Below, piece after piece: positions 43,001 to 55,762 of a stretch of DNA of 64,000 bases. The DNA lies in the NCBI GenBank assembly GCA_051362555.1, contig CM120641.1:28650401-28714400 (forward strand), given 5' to 3'. Every line of letters begins with the position of its first letter. Position 1 is the stretch's first letter. The notes under the pieces are model-generated. The model did not search any database, was not told the DNA's origin, and saw only the letters and a program-made list of their open reading frames with translations. The position numbers and the translations under genes are program-made. The DNA comes from Lingula anatina. Lineage: Eukaryota > Animalia > Brachiopoda.

Positions 43001-43020
43001 ACAATTATCAAGACCTTCAT
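39385..43020 (-). CDS. Secreted BRICHOS-domain precursor with furin site and Cys-rich C-terminal peptide, 270 aa
   Basis: Exons 43020-42946 (MKVLIIVCLAALCSA signal), 42683-42543 (QEIEADLEKNQVVYKTPQHNDVQETLTLQDFNK), 41453-41343 (GLEIFCFPKKAVCHLIPL), 41209-41026 (PIENMSFLSKEMQEMVQGFGFPLYRL), 39911-39746 (HRQRR/SGF...), 39520-39385. All GT-AG and phase-consistent; probable non-coding exon above ~43131. Confidence 0.85.
41587..41861. mobile_element. Foldback MITE with ~105-bp arms and 5-bp TSD
   Basis: CAGGCCTACCCAACTACCAGACTCGGCAC... / ...GTGCCGAGTCTGGTAGTTGGGTAGGCCTG; AACTT at 41582-41586 and 41862-41866. CAG ends with a 5-bp TSD fit hAT5-type elements (inference). Confidence 0.9.
42060..42396. 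mobile_element. Kolobok-like non-autonomous element, copy 2
   Basis: Same family and orientation as 34054-34390; TTAA at 42056-42059 and 42397-42400. Confidence 0.85.
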
Positions 43021-45525
43021 GGCTGAAAATGATAAACAATATTATATAATGAGTCAGTACCTTTGGGACCAAAAGTACCGTTCGTTTATTTCTCGCTTAA
43101 TTTAACTCTTTAAAAAAATGTAATGCCTTACCTAAGTATCAGGCTGCACTTCTGAATGGCGCGTTACTGTAAGGTGCGTGCGTTTTCTCTTCTTTAAGTT
43201 GACTGCTCAAACAGGTTGCTTACGTCATGCTCTTTAGTGTTTACCGTAAGTCCCCCCTCTTCAAACTTAGTCGAGGGGCGCAGGGACCGTTTTAGTTGCC
43301 CAGCTGCAGAGTCACCCCCCTGCATGGCGACCTCTTCATAACACACGACGACTTAATGGTGTCTTATTTTGCTTATCTGCCTATGGCCTTCATTTATGAA
43401 AGGATGAACGCATGTGTAAATATAGGTGAGATACCAGACATTGCATGTTGGAAGAACCATTTCATTTTATGTAGGATATAAACAGATCAATCATTCCGAA
43501 GGATTGCACTTCATCTCATTAACTCATATTTTTATTAAAAAATTTTAGGTAGTTTGTTTATTTTTCATATGTCAATCCTTAATGTATGAACGATGTTTAG
43601 ATACCGCGTTCACCCATCATGACTGATAAGTGCGTTTAAAATTAAAAAAGAAATTTATCGTCAAAATTCACATACTTCCAAGACATGCAACTAATTCAAA
43701 ATAATTAAATATTTTCAGTGTCTGCCTTGGCTATATTTGTAAAACTAGAAGCAGTTAGGATATTGTCAAGTGTCTTTTGCCAGTCGTTAATCGACCACTG
43801 GTTTTATTGCACATTAAATCAACCATATCTCAAAAGTAAGTAAACCATATCTTGAAATCCTGACAACTAATGTTCAGTGCTTGTGACCATATAAGATAGC
43901 ATTTTAATGAAAGTATAATGACAGATGATAGAACAAGCCACGTTTTAAAGAAGTGTTCATAGAAATAGATACAGTATGTTCACCTTCGTTCAAAGATAAA
44001 TTGCTAAAGAGAAGACAGAGATTTACCTTGATGCCTTTGCTTCAAAAACTGCAAAAATTTGAAAATCGGTTTCAAAGAACTTGCAAACAATAAACGAAAG
44101 CAAAACGTTTGGACTTGTTGAAACTTTACAGTCATTAGACGCACGGTAGTTTTTATCCAGCTATATCCGTCTTACAAAGTGTAGAAATCCCAGAAGAAGA
44201 AAAATTATATTTCATACAAGCAAGGAGCCCTGTGTATCAACATGCTACATGCATAACGACGAAAAATATTTATGAATATCTTGTAAAATTCTTAGAACAA
44301 CATATAATCTGAAAAAGGAAAACTACATGGAAATCATCAGTGAATCCTAAACTAGTCCACTTATTCTATGTCCGTTTACAGTGGTAATCCACTTCACATG
44401 AACATCATATGTATACATGTATAAAGTGAGGTCACGCTAGAAGTGTCCCTCACCACTGCTCCGGCAAACGAACAGTGTAACTCTGATAAATATTTCTGCT
44501 TTAATCTCAGTCTTACTGATTAAATTCATTTATAATGAATGTATAATCCAAGGGTTGTAATTTTTCATTTAATATTTTAAATGCTCTCATTTGCAGCTGA
44601 CCGAGGCCTTTTCATGACGTTCGAGAATTTCACAGCAAAGTTTGCTACACGGTGAGAAGACACGGCGTTAAGAATGAGCAAAACCAGCCGACACTCTAAC
44701 ATCGAGTGCTCTTATATTTGGAGTTCTTATATTTCACTTACTTTGCAACTTACTGCATTCTTTTGGGATTTCAAACGCCTTTTGTATGAAGTTTTCAAGC
44801 AATTTCTATTAAATGCTGATGTATTCATTACTATTATTGCATCCTTCTATATTTTATTATCATCTAATACATATTTAAAACTATACAAGAAAAAACAACT
44901 CCGTTGAATGCATTTCCTTTTATTATTTCACTAATTTTGACGGAGCTGTAAAAAAAATTAAGTGTACAAATGGTGATTACACATTCTTCATAAAACCACT
45001 CAAATAATAGAGTATGCCATTGTTTAATCTGTAGACATAATGTATAAAAGCGTCCGTGGTTAATACAGTGGTAATTCCAGTTACTAAAATTTTTGTTGCA
45101 AATGTTCTTGTCGCCACCCATATAGCAACTGTTGAAGTTATACGCTAAAAAAACAGTATCTTGATAAAGTTTAATTCTTATAAATCCATCCTTGAAGTCC
45201 ACAACTGCACAATGGCAAAGGTCTTACAGCCATTATCTTCCAAAATTAGCGCCATCCACTGTAATGAAAATACAATATCTCAACTATTCAGAGGTTAAAA
45301 GAAAATGATAGCAAATTGACAAATAATCTGAAAAGATGTTGATGTTTCCCAAATCCAGCGACACAATATTTAACATCAAAATTAAAAAGAAACTTAGATT
45401 CTTACTATATTTTCTTGCCATGATAACTCAACTGCGTGAAAAGGCTACACATTCAGAAACACTACAACTAAAACTCAACTCCTGTACTACCAATTCTAAT
45501 ATCTTTACTGTTAATTCCATCTTTC

Positions 45526-48500
45526 CTACTCACTGCATTTAACGAAGAGAGCCGAGGTACAGCCGTTTATCTTCTGTAGGGTGCACTCGCTAAGAATAGT
45601 TTCCTGCCCCTTGCAATTGGCTCTCACCCAGTTCTGGAAACCGTACCAAGGGGCACTTTGGGCAATTAGATAGAGTTTTCCATAACCCAGCTCTGCACAA
45701 GCAAGGGAAGCATGGGATTTCCCCGTGTAACAGAGAGCAGCCCAGTCTCCTTGGTAGGCGACTTGGATAGCTCCACCGGATCGGTCCGGGTTCGGTTCCT
45801 GGGGCCGCCCGGGGATGACAGTGCGGATGGTGCCTGTTAGAAAAGCAATGCTTTGAATCAGCGAAACTAGGTAGGCCTATATATGCAAAATACAGAAAAA
45901 GATAGTACAGCATAAATTTGCCAGTGCGTAATTGACAGAGAAAACTACAATATCAGTTACGAATAAGCTGGTCAGTTGTAATAAATAATCCCCGTAGCTT
46001 TGTTTTTGTTGAAAAAGTTACTTACCTCCTATTTGTGGCTTGGCCAGCGCTTGCTCCTGAAGGGAAATAACGATTATCTTATTGAGCAACTGCTTCAATA
46101 AAGTCATGACAACCTTAATACGCGTTTTTCCAAATGTTTCAAAATAATCAGAATTATGAGTTTGCATAAATAGGTTAAACCCATTTAAGTAAGATGATTA
46201 AAACTAAAAGAATTAATAAAACGCTTACAATTTGCTGTTTCAGCTTTTGGAACTCTCTGTTGTATTTTCCTGGGATATCCAGTCCATTAGCAGCGTAGGC
46301 GTTAAAAGCTGGGGTGAACTGCTGGTAGCTGCCATCTTGACTCACGTCCAGTTGGTCAATGACGTTATAGAAAGTATGGCGGACATCGCGCAAAGCCTTG
46401 CTGAAGTCGTGGATCTGAAATAAACATTAAAATCGAATGAAAATTCAAAGGTTCCCTACGTTAATTGCCACTAGTTAATTACTTCAGGAATGGTGTGTCC
46501 ATAGAATGCAGATTTGGTGTATGTACCTTGTATATGTATATGTTTTGTCATATATGCACTCCCCAAATTGTGTATAGTAACGTTCTTAATTCAATACTAA
46601 ATGCGCCGCTAGGCTTACCAGTTGTGTTTGCGCACTGTTCAGAGATGGCAGTTTTGTTGCCCACTCATTAAAGGAAGAAGTAGTGGTTCGAACATCATCA
46701 AACTTGCTCTCCAGTTCATCAATGTAGCTTTCAAATGATCTACAGGAAAAAAGACAGGAACATAAACTACATGTTTACAAAGCAAACATTTTTCATAGCT
46801 TGGTTATAAATAAAATACTGTAGTATTTTCTATTAGATTTGGATTGACTGACTTCATGAATTTTCAACACAATATACGTAAAAGCTTTAAATATCCTTGG
46901 TCTTGGATTCTGAAAATGAGTAGTGTATAGTTTAATGAATGCTAAGTCTTAATTTTGGATTATCCTATAAACAAAAGATAAGGAAGATCTGTGTTTTACG
47001 AAATATTCGAAGCACTCACGCTTGTCTGAAAACGTTCTTGTAATTGGAATCCAATGAACTCAAAGGAACCAGTTCCATACGAATGGGCACGCCTCGGCCA
47101 TTATCCACTAATTTCACGTGTTTTTCAAAATCATTGATCAGGCTCATAAGCCCGTTAATATCCGTGGCTACTCCAGGAACTTGGACGTTGGCAAAGTATT
47201 GGATTTCCAAACTCGATCTACCTACGGTGGCATATATCATTAGGTTTAATTACAAATGGCAAACAGAAAGGAAACGCGTATGGTCTTGGAATTGAAATTT
47301 TTAAGGCACCTATGCAAAAACTGTCCATTTACTTTTAGAGAGAAATGTCACGGAAATTATTCAAAATACTAAGTAAAATTAAAATGGTCATAAAGATGCC
47401 AAGCTTCCATTGTATCTATGATCATTATTTTAAGTTTTCGATAAGCCAATTCATTATACGTAGATTACGTGCAAAACTACAGTTAAGTTCTTTTAACACA
47501 TAGCATATAGCATTATCAGTCAACTGAATTCCGAACGTCCCCAAGGGTGGGGTGAAAATAACTGTATACCCTTCAGATCGTTTTCTAGTTTCTCAAATTT
47601 GCCCTTCACGTTCACGTCTAACGCTCCGCCAGCCCGTAGACCTGCACTAAGCGCGGCTTTGATGTGCTCCCTGAAATATGATGGCCATTTTGGGAAAAAA
47701 TTGAATATGTACTTATTGTTAGTAGTTTGAATACAGGAAAATCGCACTTCAGCGGCTAGGTTCACTAAACAAAACGTATATTTCAACTATATTTTTCGAT
47801 ACTTTTAAAATTGGCTTTTGAAGGCGTAAACAGTTGCATATATGTGTGCAAAAATACAATATTATTTTAAAATAAAATCAATTAGAATTTGAAGATATCT
47901 TTCCGTAAGGAATACAAGTGCTACTTTACCTGTCTGCACTGTTTTCTGCTGTGAACCGCAGAGAAGCAATCAGGTCTCCACCATAAGTGACACTACGTGC
48001 ATAATGGGTGCCAAGAACGTCCTGATGGTTCATCTTCCAGTCTGAATTTGGTGTCGTGCTCAAAAGGGTGTGGGTTTCCTAATAAAAGAGGGATGTACGT
48101 AACAATTAGGTGACCATACTGTGTATGTATGCCCACTATATAACTCACGCACGCAGGCAAGCAAGAAATCAAACACAAACGCGCCCGAACGTCGCATTTT
48201 TATACGTACAGTACTAACCATCTTCATTTATCTATTTTCATCGTCATAACACTATCAGTCCACTTTATTTTTAATCGAATAAAATCACTATTGCCAAATT
48301 ATAATTGGAACTGTTACTTACCGTTTCATAATGAACTTTAGCCAAAATCTCAACATATTTGGTTCTCGAAGTAGTGTCTCGTAGGTAGCTTCCCATTCCG
48401 TCGACGTTGATCAGTCCGGTTTTCAGTTTAACAGATAGTTCCCCTTCAACTTGCAAGAAATCTCGAGCCTCCTTGGAAGAATCAACCAGTTTGTAACGTG

Positions 48501-48923
48501 CATCTGTTATTCTTCGGTTAATAATCTGAAACACAAAGGACATGCATGTATTAATAAATGCCAGTCAGTTAACATACCTTTACACTTACGAAAATTAATT
48601 AGGACAGAAGATAAATAAAGACCTACATTACATATTCGTAAAAATGAGGAGTAACTACATATTTCAAAAGAGTTGATGAAAAATGATGTGCAAGCCTATC
48701 AGTGCAATTTACTCAGTCAAGAAAACAAAAAAAAGTTACTTAATTATAATCTTTATTTTACAGAAATGTCCAATAGTTGTGGCATTTTTCGCACCTTCAT
48801 CCCATTAGGTCCGCCAGCCTGCAGAGCCGTATGTGGGAAGATGTCTATTCCTGGTTTGTCCGTTCTTATGTCAAACGTCCTCCCCAATAGCATGGGGATG
48901 ACGTAGGGCATTATCATACTCAT
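45526..48923 (-). CDS. Stonustoxin-like MACPF/CDC pore-forming-type protein with C-terminal SRCR domain, about 476 aa (N-terminus uncertain)
   Basis: Exons 48923-48795, 48525-48322, 48078-47930, 47670-47570, 47221-47020, 46739-46619, 46414-46229, 46056-46026, 45833-45526. Motifs IPMLLGRTFDIR, LQVEGELSVKLKTGLINVDGMGSYL, MACPF signature GTHYARSVTYGG, GVPIRMELVPL. Last exon TIRTVIPG...GAIQVAYQGDWAALC...ACAELGY...WVRANCKGQETILSEC...GC...VKC has the 6-Cys SRCR pattern. Confidence 0.85.
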
Positions 48924-51900
48924 CTTGCTGGAGGAACAGTAGTCTCTAGAAACAAAATGAAATAATAATAATAATGATAATACACTGCAAATATTTTAGT
49001 AGCAATTATTTGAAATAAAAATGTCTTACTTAATCCGGGAGCTCGACCGCCCTGCAAATGGCATAATGCTGTTCTTTTTGTTTTACACCAGCTGTAATAT
49101 ATTTTTTCTACAACAATTTTGAATTTGGTTCAAATAATAATTCTACGTTCAAAATGCTTTACAGCAACAATGACCGACTTATGAATATTTCCTAAGAATG
49201 GCTTGTTTATATTTTATTTTACATTTCTTACTTCAATTACATAATACGCATATAAGACAGAAGCAACTTTCTTTTTTTTTTACTTGGAACAATGCATTGC
49301 GTAAGGAATTTTTCTGCAGATGTCCTAACTATATGTACTTAATAGAAAATATGCATGAATTATAACATGACCGTTCAAATTCTTTTTTTTAAATAAAGAA
49401 GACAGTTTTAGTATTATAAAATGAATCCACGTTGTTTTACGCTATCACCAGTTCTATACTTATAAATGTGCTCCCCATCTTACCTTACACTGGTCCTCTG
49501 CCTCACTGCTTTCCAAACCAAACATTCAACTTCATATAATATACAAACATTACTTAAGTCAATCCCTGATAAGTTTATGTCAACTTCGTGACTATCTGTG
49601 GTCCCATAGTTACGCCTTACGTTCTGACACGCTTATTAGATAAGTAGCATCCGAGCATAAAATTACATCTGAGACAACCGGAATGCATTCGCTACCAAGA
49701 TATTCCGGCATTTTCCTAAATTCGATTAAAAAAGAACCATATTTAGTCAGATGTCATCTTCATGTTTTCTTTTGGAAGCCCTACGTATACACAAAAAACT
49801 TGTTTAAGTGTTTTTATTTCTTCTGTGTAATAACTTTGTATCACACTGACAAAGAGGTTGTTTGAACCCAAAATGTTTGCGAGCTCTACGCTGCAACACT
49901 AATACAGTACTGTGACGACTTATCTCTGATTGCGAGCAACTATGATTTCTTGGCAACAAATGGTAGTGACCGCGTCGACGTTATATATTAAGAATGGCAT
50001 ACAGACTAAACCACCACTTAAAGGTATTGAGGCGATTCTGTTTCCATTCCTAGACTAATTAGTGACTAATAGAATAAATTTAAAATTCAGCGTTTGAGAG
50101 GAACGATATTTTGTGGCGAGACCAAAGCGGCTTCATAGGATACCCGCGCGGAAGCTGGCTCTTTCATACAGAACAACAAGACATAGGCCTACATGTAAGG
50201 GAAAATAGGAACCACATTGCTTAAGTATAATAACAAGACAGAAAAGGTGTAAAACGGACTGCTTACCTTCAAGAAAAATCCAATCAGACTGGTTTTCGAA
50301 CTCGAATGGTATTTCAGGCCAATGAATAATTTACACAAGTTAAGTGACGGTAACACTGTTTTCTTTACAAAAAATGTCTTTGAGGATAAATATTCCAGGA
50401 AGGTGCATTGTGACGACAAACAAATTGTCTGCCCATAATAGAAAGGGAAAAAATAAATTGCAAGGGCGAACGGGCTTTGGTGGAGGGGTGAAAGCGGTGC
50501 GGGGACGTAGAAGGGTGCAGCCGATAATTCATCTTCCCACCGGTATAGACCTGTAAGGCTGTGAAGTCAGGTGCACGTTTTGAAATACCAAACGTTCTTC
50601 TTGTCTTCACCATTAACAAAACAAAAGAAGTAGGTCTACCCTAGCAGACCGTACGGTAACCGATCACTTGACCGTTATACAACGGAATGCATTAGACCAT
50701 CGAAGGATTAGGTGCACCCATTGTGTTAGAGGAGAAATACCGAAGGATTGGTGTCTTCCTCAGGGGACACACTTCCGATAGATGCGCCAAAAACCCAAAT
50801 ATTACAGAACTTATAAACCCACAAATCTGCAATAAAGTGACGAATTTACCAAACCAGTTTTTTTTTGCATTTTTACAATAAAACTTGGATCCCTATTTGA
50901 AAAATATGCTTACTAAAGAGGAGAACTCAACTGGTGCGACAAGAATCGTTTTTGAAAAAGTAAAATAAATTCAAACTTGGCCCATCCTACAGCATGGCAA
51001 GACAACCAGGGACCTTATATCTCTGGCCTAGGACATTTATTCGCAGTCAATGAGCGGTAGCCTTTGAAGGCTATCTGCGCATCGTACGATGGGCGGTTGT
51101 CACGGTCTCTGTGCACGACAGGGAGACACCGTTACACCGTGCTCGACATCTATGGAGATGATTTCCTGGTTACAGTTGACGCTAATCGTCTGACGCCTCT
51201 TCCTCTTCCAGTTTTGTCTCGTCGTTTTTTTTAAACGACACTAGTTACTAGTTATTATTTGCCAGGTCCGTTTTTGAAAGAGGAAACTGGAAACTAGACA
51301 CTAACTTCAGCGCCCCGGGTTGCGTTGCAGTGGCACCCAGTCAACTCAGTAAGTGGAGCTGAATAAATTCAGAGAAGGAAAAAACACAAGTATACCTATT
51401 ACCCAAAAAGATATGAAAAGGACGATGAAGTCCTGTTGGCAGTGATATTTCCTTTAATTCTAGATCAATATATATATTTTTTTAACTGAATTTGAATTAA
51501 TTTCAACTTTCATTTTTGCTTCTGTATATTTTGAGAAAATAGCAATTGGATGTTTAATAAGCAAAGGACTCTAGATCGCAAGTCGGCCAGGCAAACTTTT
51601 TTAAATTCTCTTTCCTGTTTTGCTATGACTATTTCCCCCCCCCCCCCCCTTTTTACCACAAATAGACTGGAAGCATACTTAATTGAGTACTTCTATAAAG
51701 AATTTGGAGAGAAAAAAAAACAAAAATAAATAAATAAAATAATAGTTATAAAAATAATAATGGTTTCATAAACAAAAGTTTATTTTTCAAGAAATTCAAA
51801 CATTTACACAAATGTCATGGATCAGATTATTGTGTATTTGCCCTTTTCCTAAAAGGGTAAGATGAACAAATGCAAGAAATGAACATCTGCACCGGCCATG

Positions 51901-52209
51901 TTCCCTTAAGAAGATTTATTTTTAACCAATATGTCCTGTAGAAAGGAGCACAAATCCCCTGGTTAATTTTAAATGTCAAGTTCACTTCCTCAGCTACAAA
52001 TCTTAGTCTCTTAAACTGAGTAAAAAGAACGAAAATAAAGGAAGAAAGAAGTACGTCTTTCAGCCCCAATCTGTGACCAGTGGCAAATGATCTAATCCCA
52101 GATAACTACTGCATGGCCAGAGTATATGATTTTGCATTGATTTGTAGTGATTTCTCTATGAACAGAATGTGTTCTAGCCATGGGTTCCAGAGGCACAGAT
52201 GGTGCCACC

Positions 52210-55200
52210 TCATGATGGGCACCACATGTTGCCATGGGTATCAGGGAGATCTTTATAGGGAATGTCCCACAACCATGGTCGATCTGTAAAACAATGAAGA
52301 ATGGATTATTCTGATGGAAATTCATCTGGGTAGACTGCTGGTCATGTTATAGGATTATTCCAGAGTGTCTGAAAGCATAGCTATTCTTATGTTTAGAAAA
52401 TGAAAAAAAAAAAAATAATAAACCTTATAAATTGATTATTATTTGTTATACAATAAGTGTTAAATATTTTAATTATTTAAAATTCCTAACTTCCAGATGA
52501 AAAAAAATTAACTTTTCCTCTGTCTGTGCACGTGTTATTCTTCAACTTCCATTCAAAAATTTAAAACCAATTAAATGGTTAATGACTGAAAAAAAAAGCA
52601 CAAGAGGCCAAATACATTGTAGAAATTGTCTTTTTCAGCACTCACCTTGTTTAGTGTAAGGTGTGGGGGGAAGATCATATGGAACAGGGAATTCTCCGCT
52701 ATTCTGACATTCTTTGTCTTGAACTTCAAAGAAGTTTTCAGCACCCTGCAAACCAAATTTTTAAAATATTTTTTATATTTACATTTAAAACAATGTTGTC
52801 AAATTGTCTTATTTGAATAATCACTGAAATGTGAATTTTCATTTAACAGCCTCACCTACTTCCAGGCTTTGTTTCAAATTATCATTATGTCTCTTACTCC
52901 TCTGCCTTATACATGTTTGAGATTAATCCTTGTATTTTTAACTGTGGACATAGTAAAATGGCAATTAAAAAAAGAAAAGGAAAAAAATCGTTAACAATGC
53001 TATCAGACATTAAATTAAACAAAGTGAACTTGGGAGACTGTTTCAAATACAACAAGGCAGCAAAGCTGTCAAATGTACAGACAAAAAGCAGGAAATAACT
53101 ATGCACAAAATAGGCTACTGTCAATTCAGATGCAAAAGTACATTATGTTAAACTGTAAATTCAACATCAAATTTTAATTATGCTCAACAGGTAATACCAA
53201 TGAAAGTAAAATGTGTAACAAGCATAAGGCTTCAGGCCCATGAGAGTTCAAGTTCACACTTTGAAAATGTATAACTTCCAGAAAAAGAAGCCAATTAGAC
53301 TGCTTTTCCAACTCAGGCTGCATGCCGATTTTCGAACTTGACCTCCGTTTTAGTAAGATCGATTATTCCTGAGAGTTTCACGACAACAGGCCTATCGGTT
53401 TTCCTTGAAATGTGTTTACAGTGTTGCATATATGCTGAAAAGTGAAAAAACAGCATAACTTCTACAATAATGGCCCGATCATGCTGATTTTAGAACTTGA
53501 CCTGCGTTTTATGAATATTCATCAGCTCTGTAAATATAAAGCCAAAAAGTAAAACTGCCTTCCACTTATCGTGTTTACAAGGAAAGTGCACGGCAACGAC
53601 GGCGACGGCGACGACAGACACAGGTGATGGCAATATGTACAGACACATCTGTATATATTTACTGTACTGTTTGAGAACAGTAAGTGACATGGTTTTTCTT
53701 AAATGGTCATCATGGGAGCAGGTTTTTTTCAAATTTTGATGCAATATTACATAATGTTTAACAGCATGATGACCATCAATTTTTAAGAATAAAATATTAG
53801 TATCATGGATATTCAGAAAATGTGACTAGCAAAGGTCTTCAGGCCCATGGAACTTCAAAGTCACAACTTGAAAATGCCAAAATGTAAACAAGACAGCACT
53901 GTTCTGAAATGTTTTTTTTCCCATTTTTAACAATTTTTAACATAAAACAAAATTAACAGTTTACTGCCATTTTTATATTATCAACTAAGAAAATTGATGA
54001 GATGGGAAAAATATCAACAGAGCAGTGTTAAATGTCCAATTTCTTCCATTCTGAGATTCTGAACATAGTGAATGATTGAATCTGACAAACCGAATGATAT
54101 GAGTTTATTTCCATTTTTGAAACTTTATTACACAATACATGATAACAAGTTTACCATCATTTTTACAAAATCAACTAACAATGTTGTAAAGATGCAGGAA
54201 ATGTCAAACAAAAACTTTTACGTATCTTATTAGTTTAATAATGAGACTGTTAACATGCCTAAGAATTGAATCTGAGGAAATGTGAAAAATATGCTGAAAA
54301 GTGAAAAAACAGCATAACTTCTACAATAATGGCCCGATCATGCTGATTTTCGAACTTGACCTGCGTTTTATGAATATTCATCAGCTCTGTAAATATAAAG
54401 CCAAAAAGTAAAACTGCCCTCCACTTATCGTGTTTACAAGGAAAGTGCACGGCGCCGGCATCGGCATCGGCATCGCCATCGCCATCGCCATCGCCATCGG
54501 CGACGACAGACGCAGGTGATGGCAATATGTACAGACACATCTGTGTCTGTACATAAAAATGCATTCATTATTTCTTTCCACTACTTACAAACATTTGTGG
54601 TAGAAAAAGCACTCCTATTTCATATGATCGGATCATCAACTGAGACTGTTTCTTCTCTAAGGCTCCCCAAGCAGCTTTTGATAAATTGGAACTACAAATA
54701 ATTCATATTGGTTATATAAACTGTGTAGCAAAACTACATTACATCTATTACAGAACAAGCATTATGATAGTGTACTTCACAGGAGACTCCATGATGATTT
54801 TCCTAAATCTTGACATTCAGTATATTTTATCTGCACGTTTCATTTAAATCACTGATAAACTTGCAAACTGTTTTCCAGACTACTGGAAACTAACCTCTCT
54901 ACTATCAGCATGCTTCTGACTTTTTCAGCCACATCATTTCCAGCAATGGCAGAGTCCATGCTGACGGCAGAGAAGTGTGTTCTCAGCAACTTATGAAACT
55001 CAGAGTGCCTGTTTAGACAGATCTGTTCAAAAATGAACGAGCAAGTCAAATTTAAAGTTAAAAATATCAAAAAGTAATATCTATACTACAGTGATTCCAG
55101 TCCTGTACAAAACTGTGAGAAATCTACAATGATTACCTTGTTACAGCAAACCATGCAATTTTCTTAGAGTCAGGAGACATTCTAAGGTAGGTCTTAATGT

Positions 55201-55723
55201 GGGGCATTGCACGACTCCTGCCCTGTACTTCGGCCCTCCACTGGCTACAACAGGATATTTTACCATTATATTATCAATTGTTTAATGAACTGTCTGTATG
55301 TATTATTTGAAAATTTACTTTCAAAAACTTCCAATTTCATTGAATTAATTTGCATAAATTACATTATTACGCTTTAAGAGTTTACGTACTTCCTGCAGTA
55401 CAAATTTTGACAAATTTGCATATATTAGCAAAACTTAAGTGTGGGAAATGTGATAAAAGAATGTTTCCTGTGGGAATTGGTGGATATGTAGCCTCTCTTA
55501 AATACATGCACACAGTAAAATTCCCTTGCCAAGTCTTAGGATTATAACTGGTGAATGTATTCCCTTCAGGTTATAATTCCACTAATTCCCTAAAGATGCA
55601 ATATTTATTACAGCTAGTGCTTTTCCACAGCAAAATTCCTTCAATCAATATATTTATTTCATTACTCTACTTGTGTAACTTTGGTCATAGCCTTTGTAAA
55701 AAATGTGCTAGAATTAACGAAGA

Positions 55724-55762
<39 letters not shown>

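Noticed and set aside
43850-45300. Possible decayed DNA transposase (IPEEEKLYF, SCRH/HIA-like fragments)
   Set aside because: Fragments are too short and broken to support without a translated search.
45590-45913. 107-aa Cys/His/Pro-rich ORF from the track
   Set aside because: Alternative frame of the SRCR exon; the SRCR frame fits a good acceptor and the exon phase.
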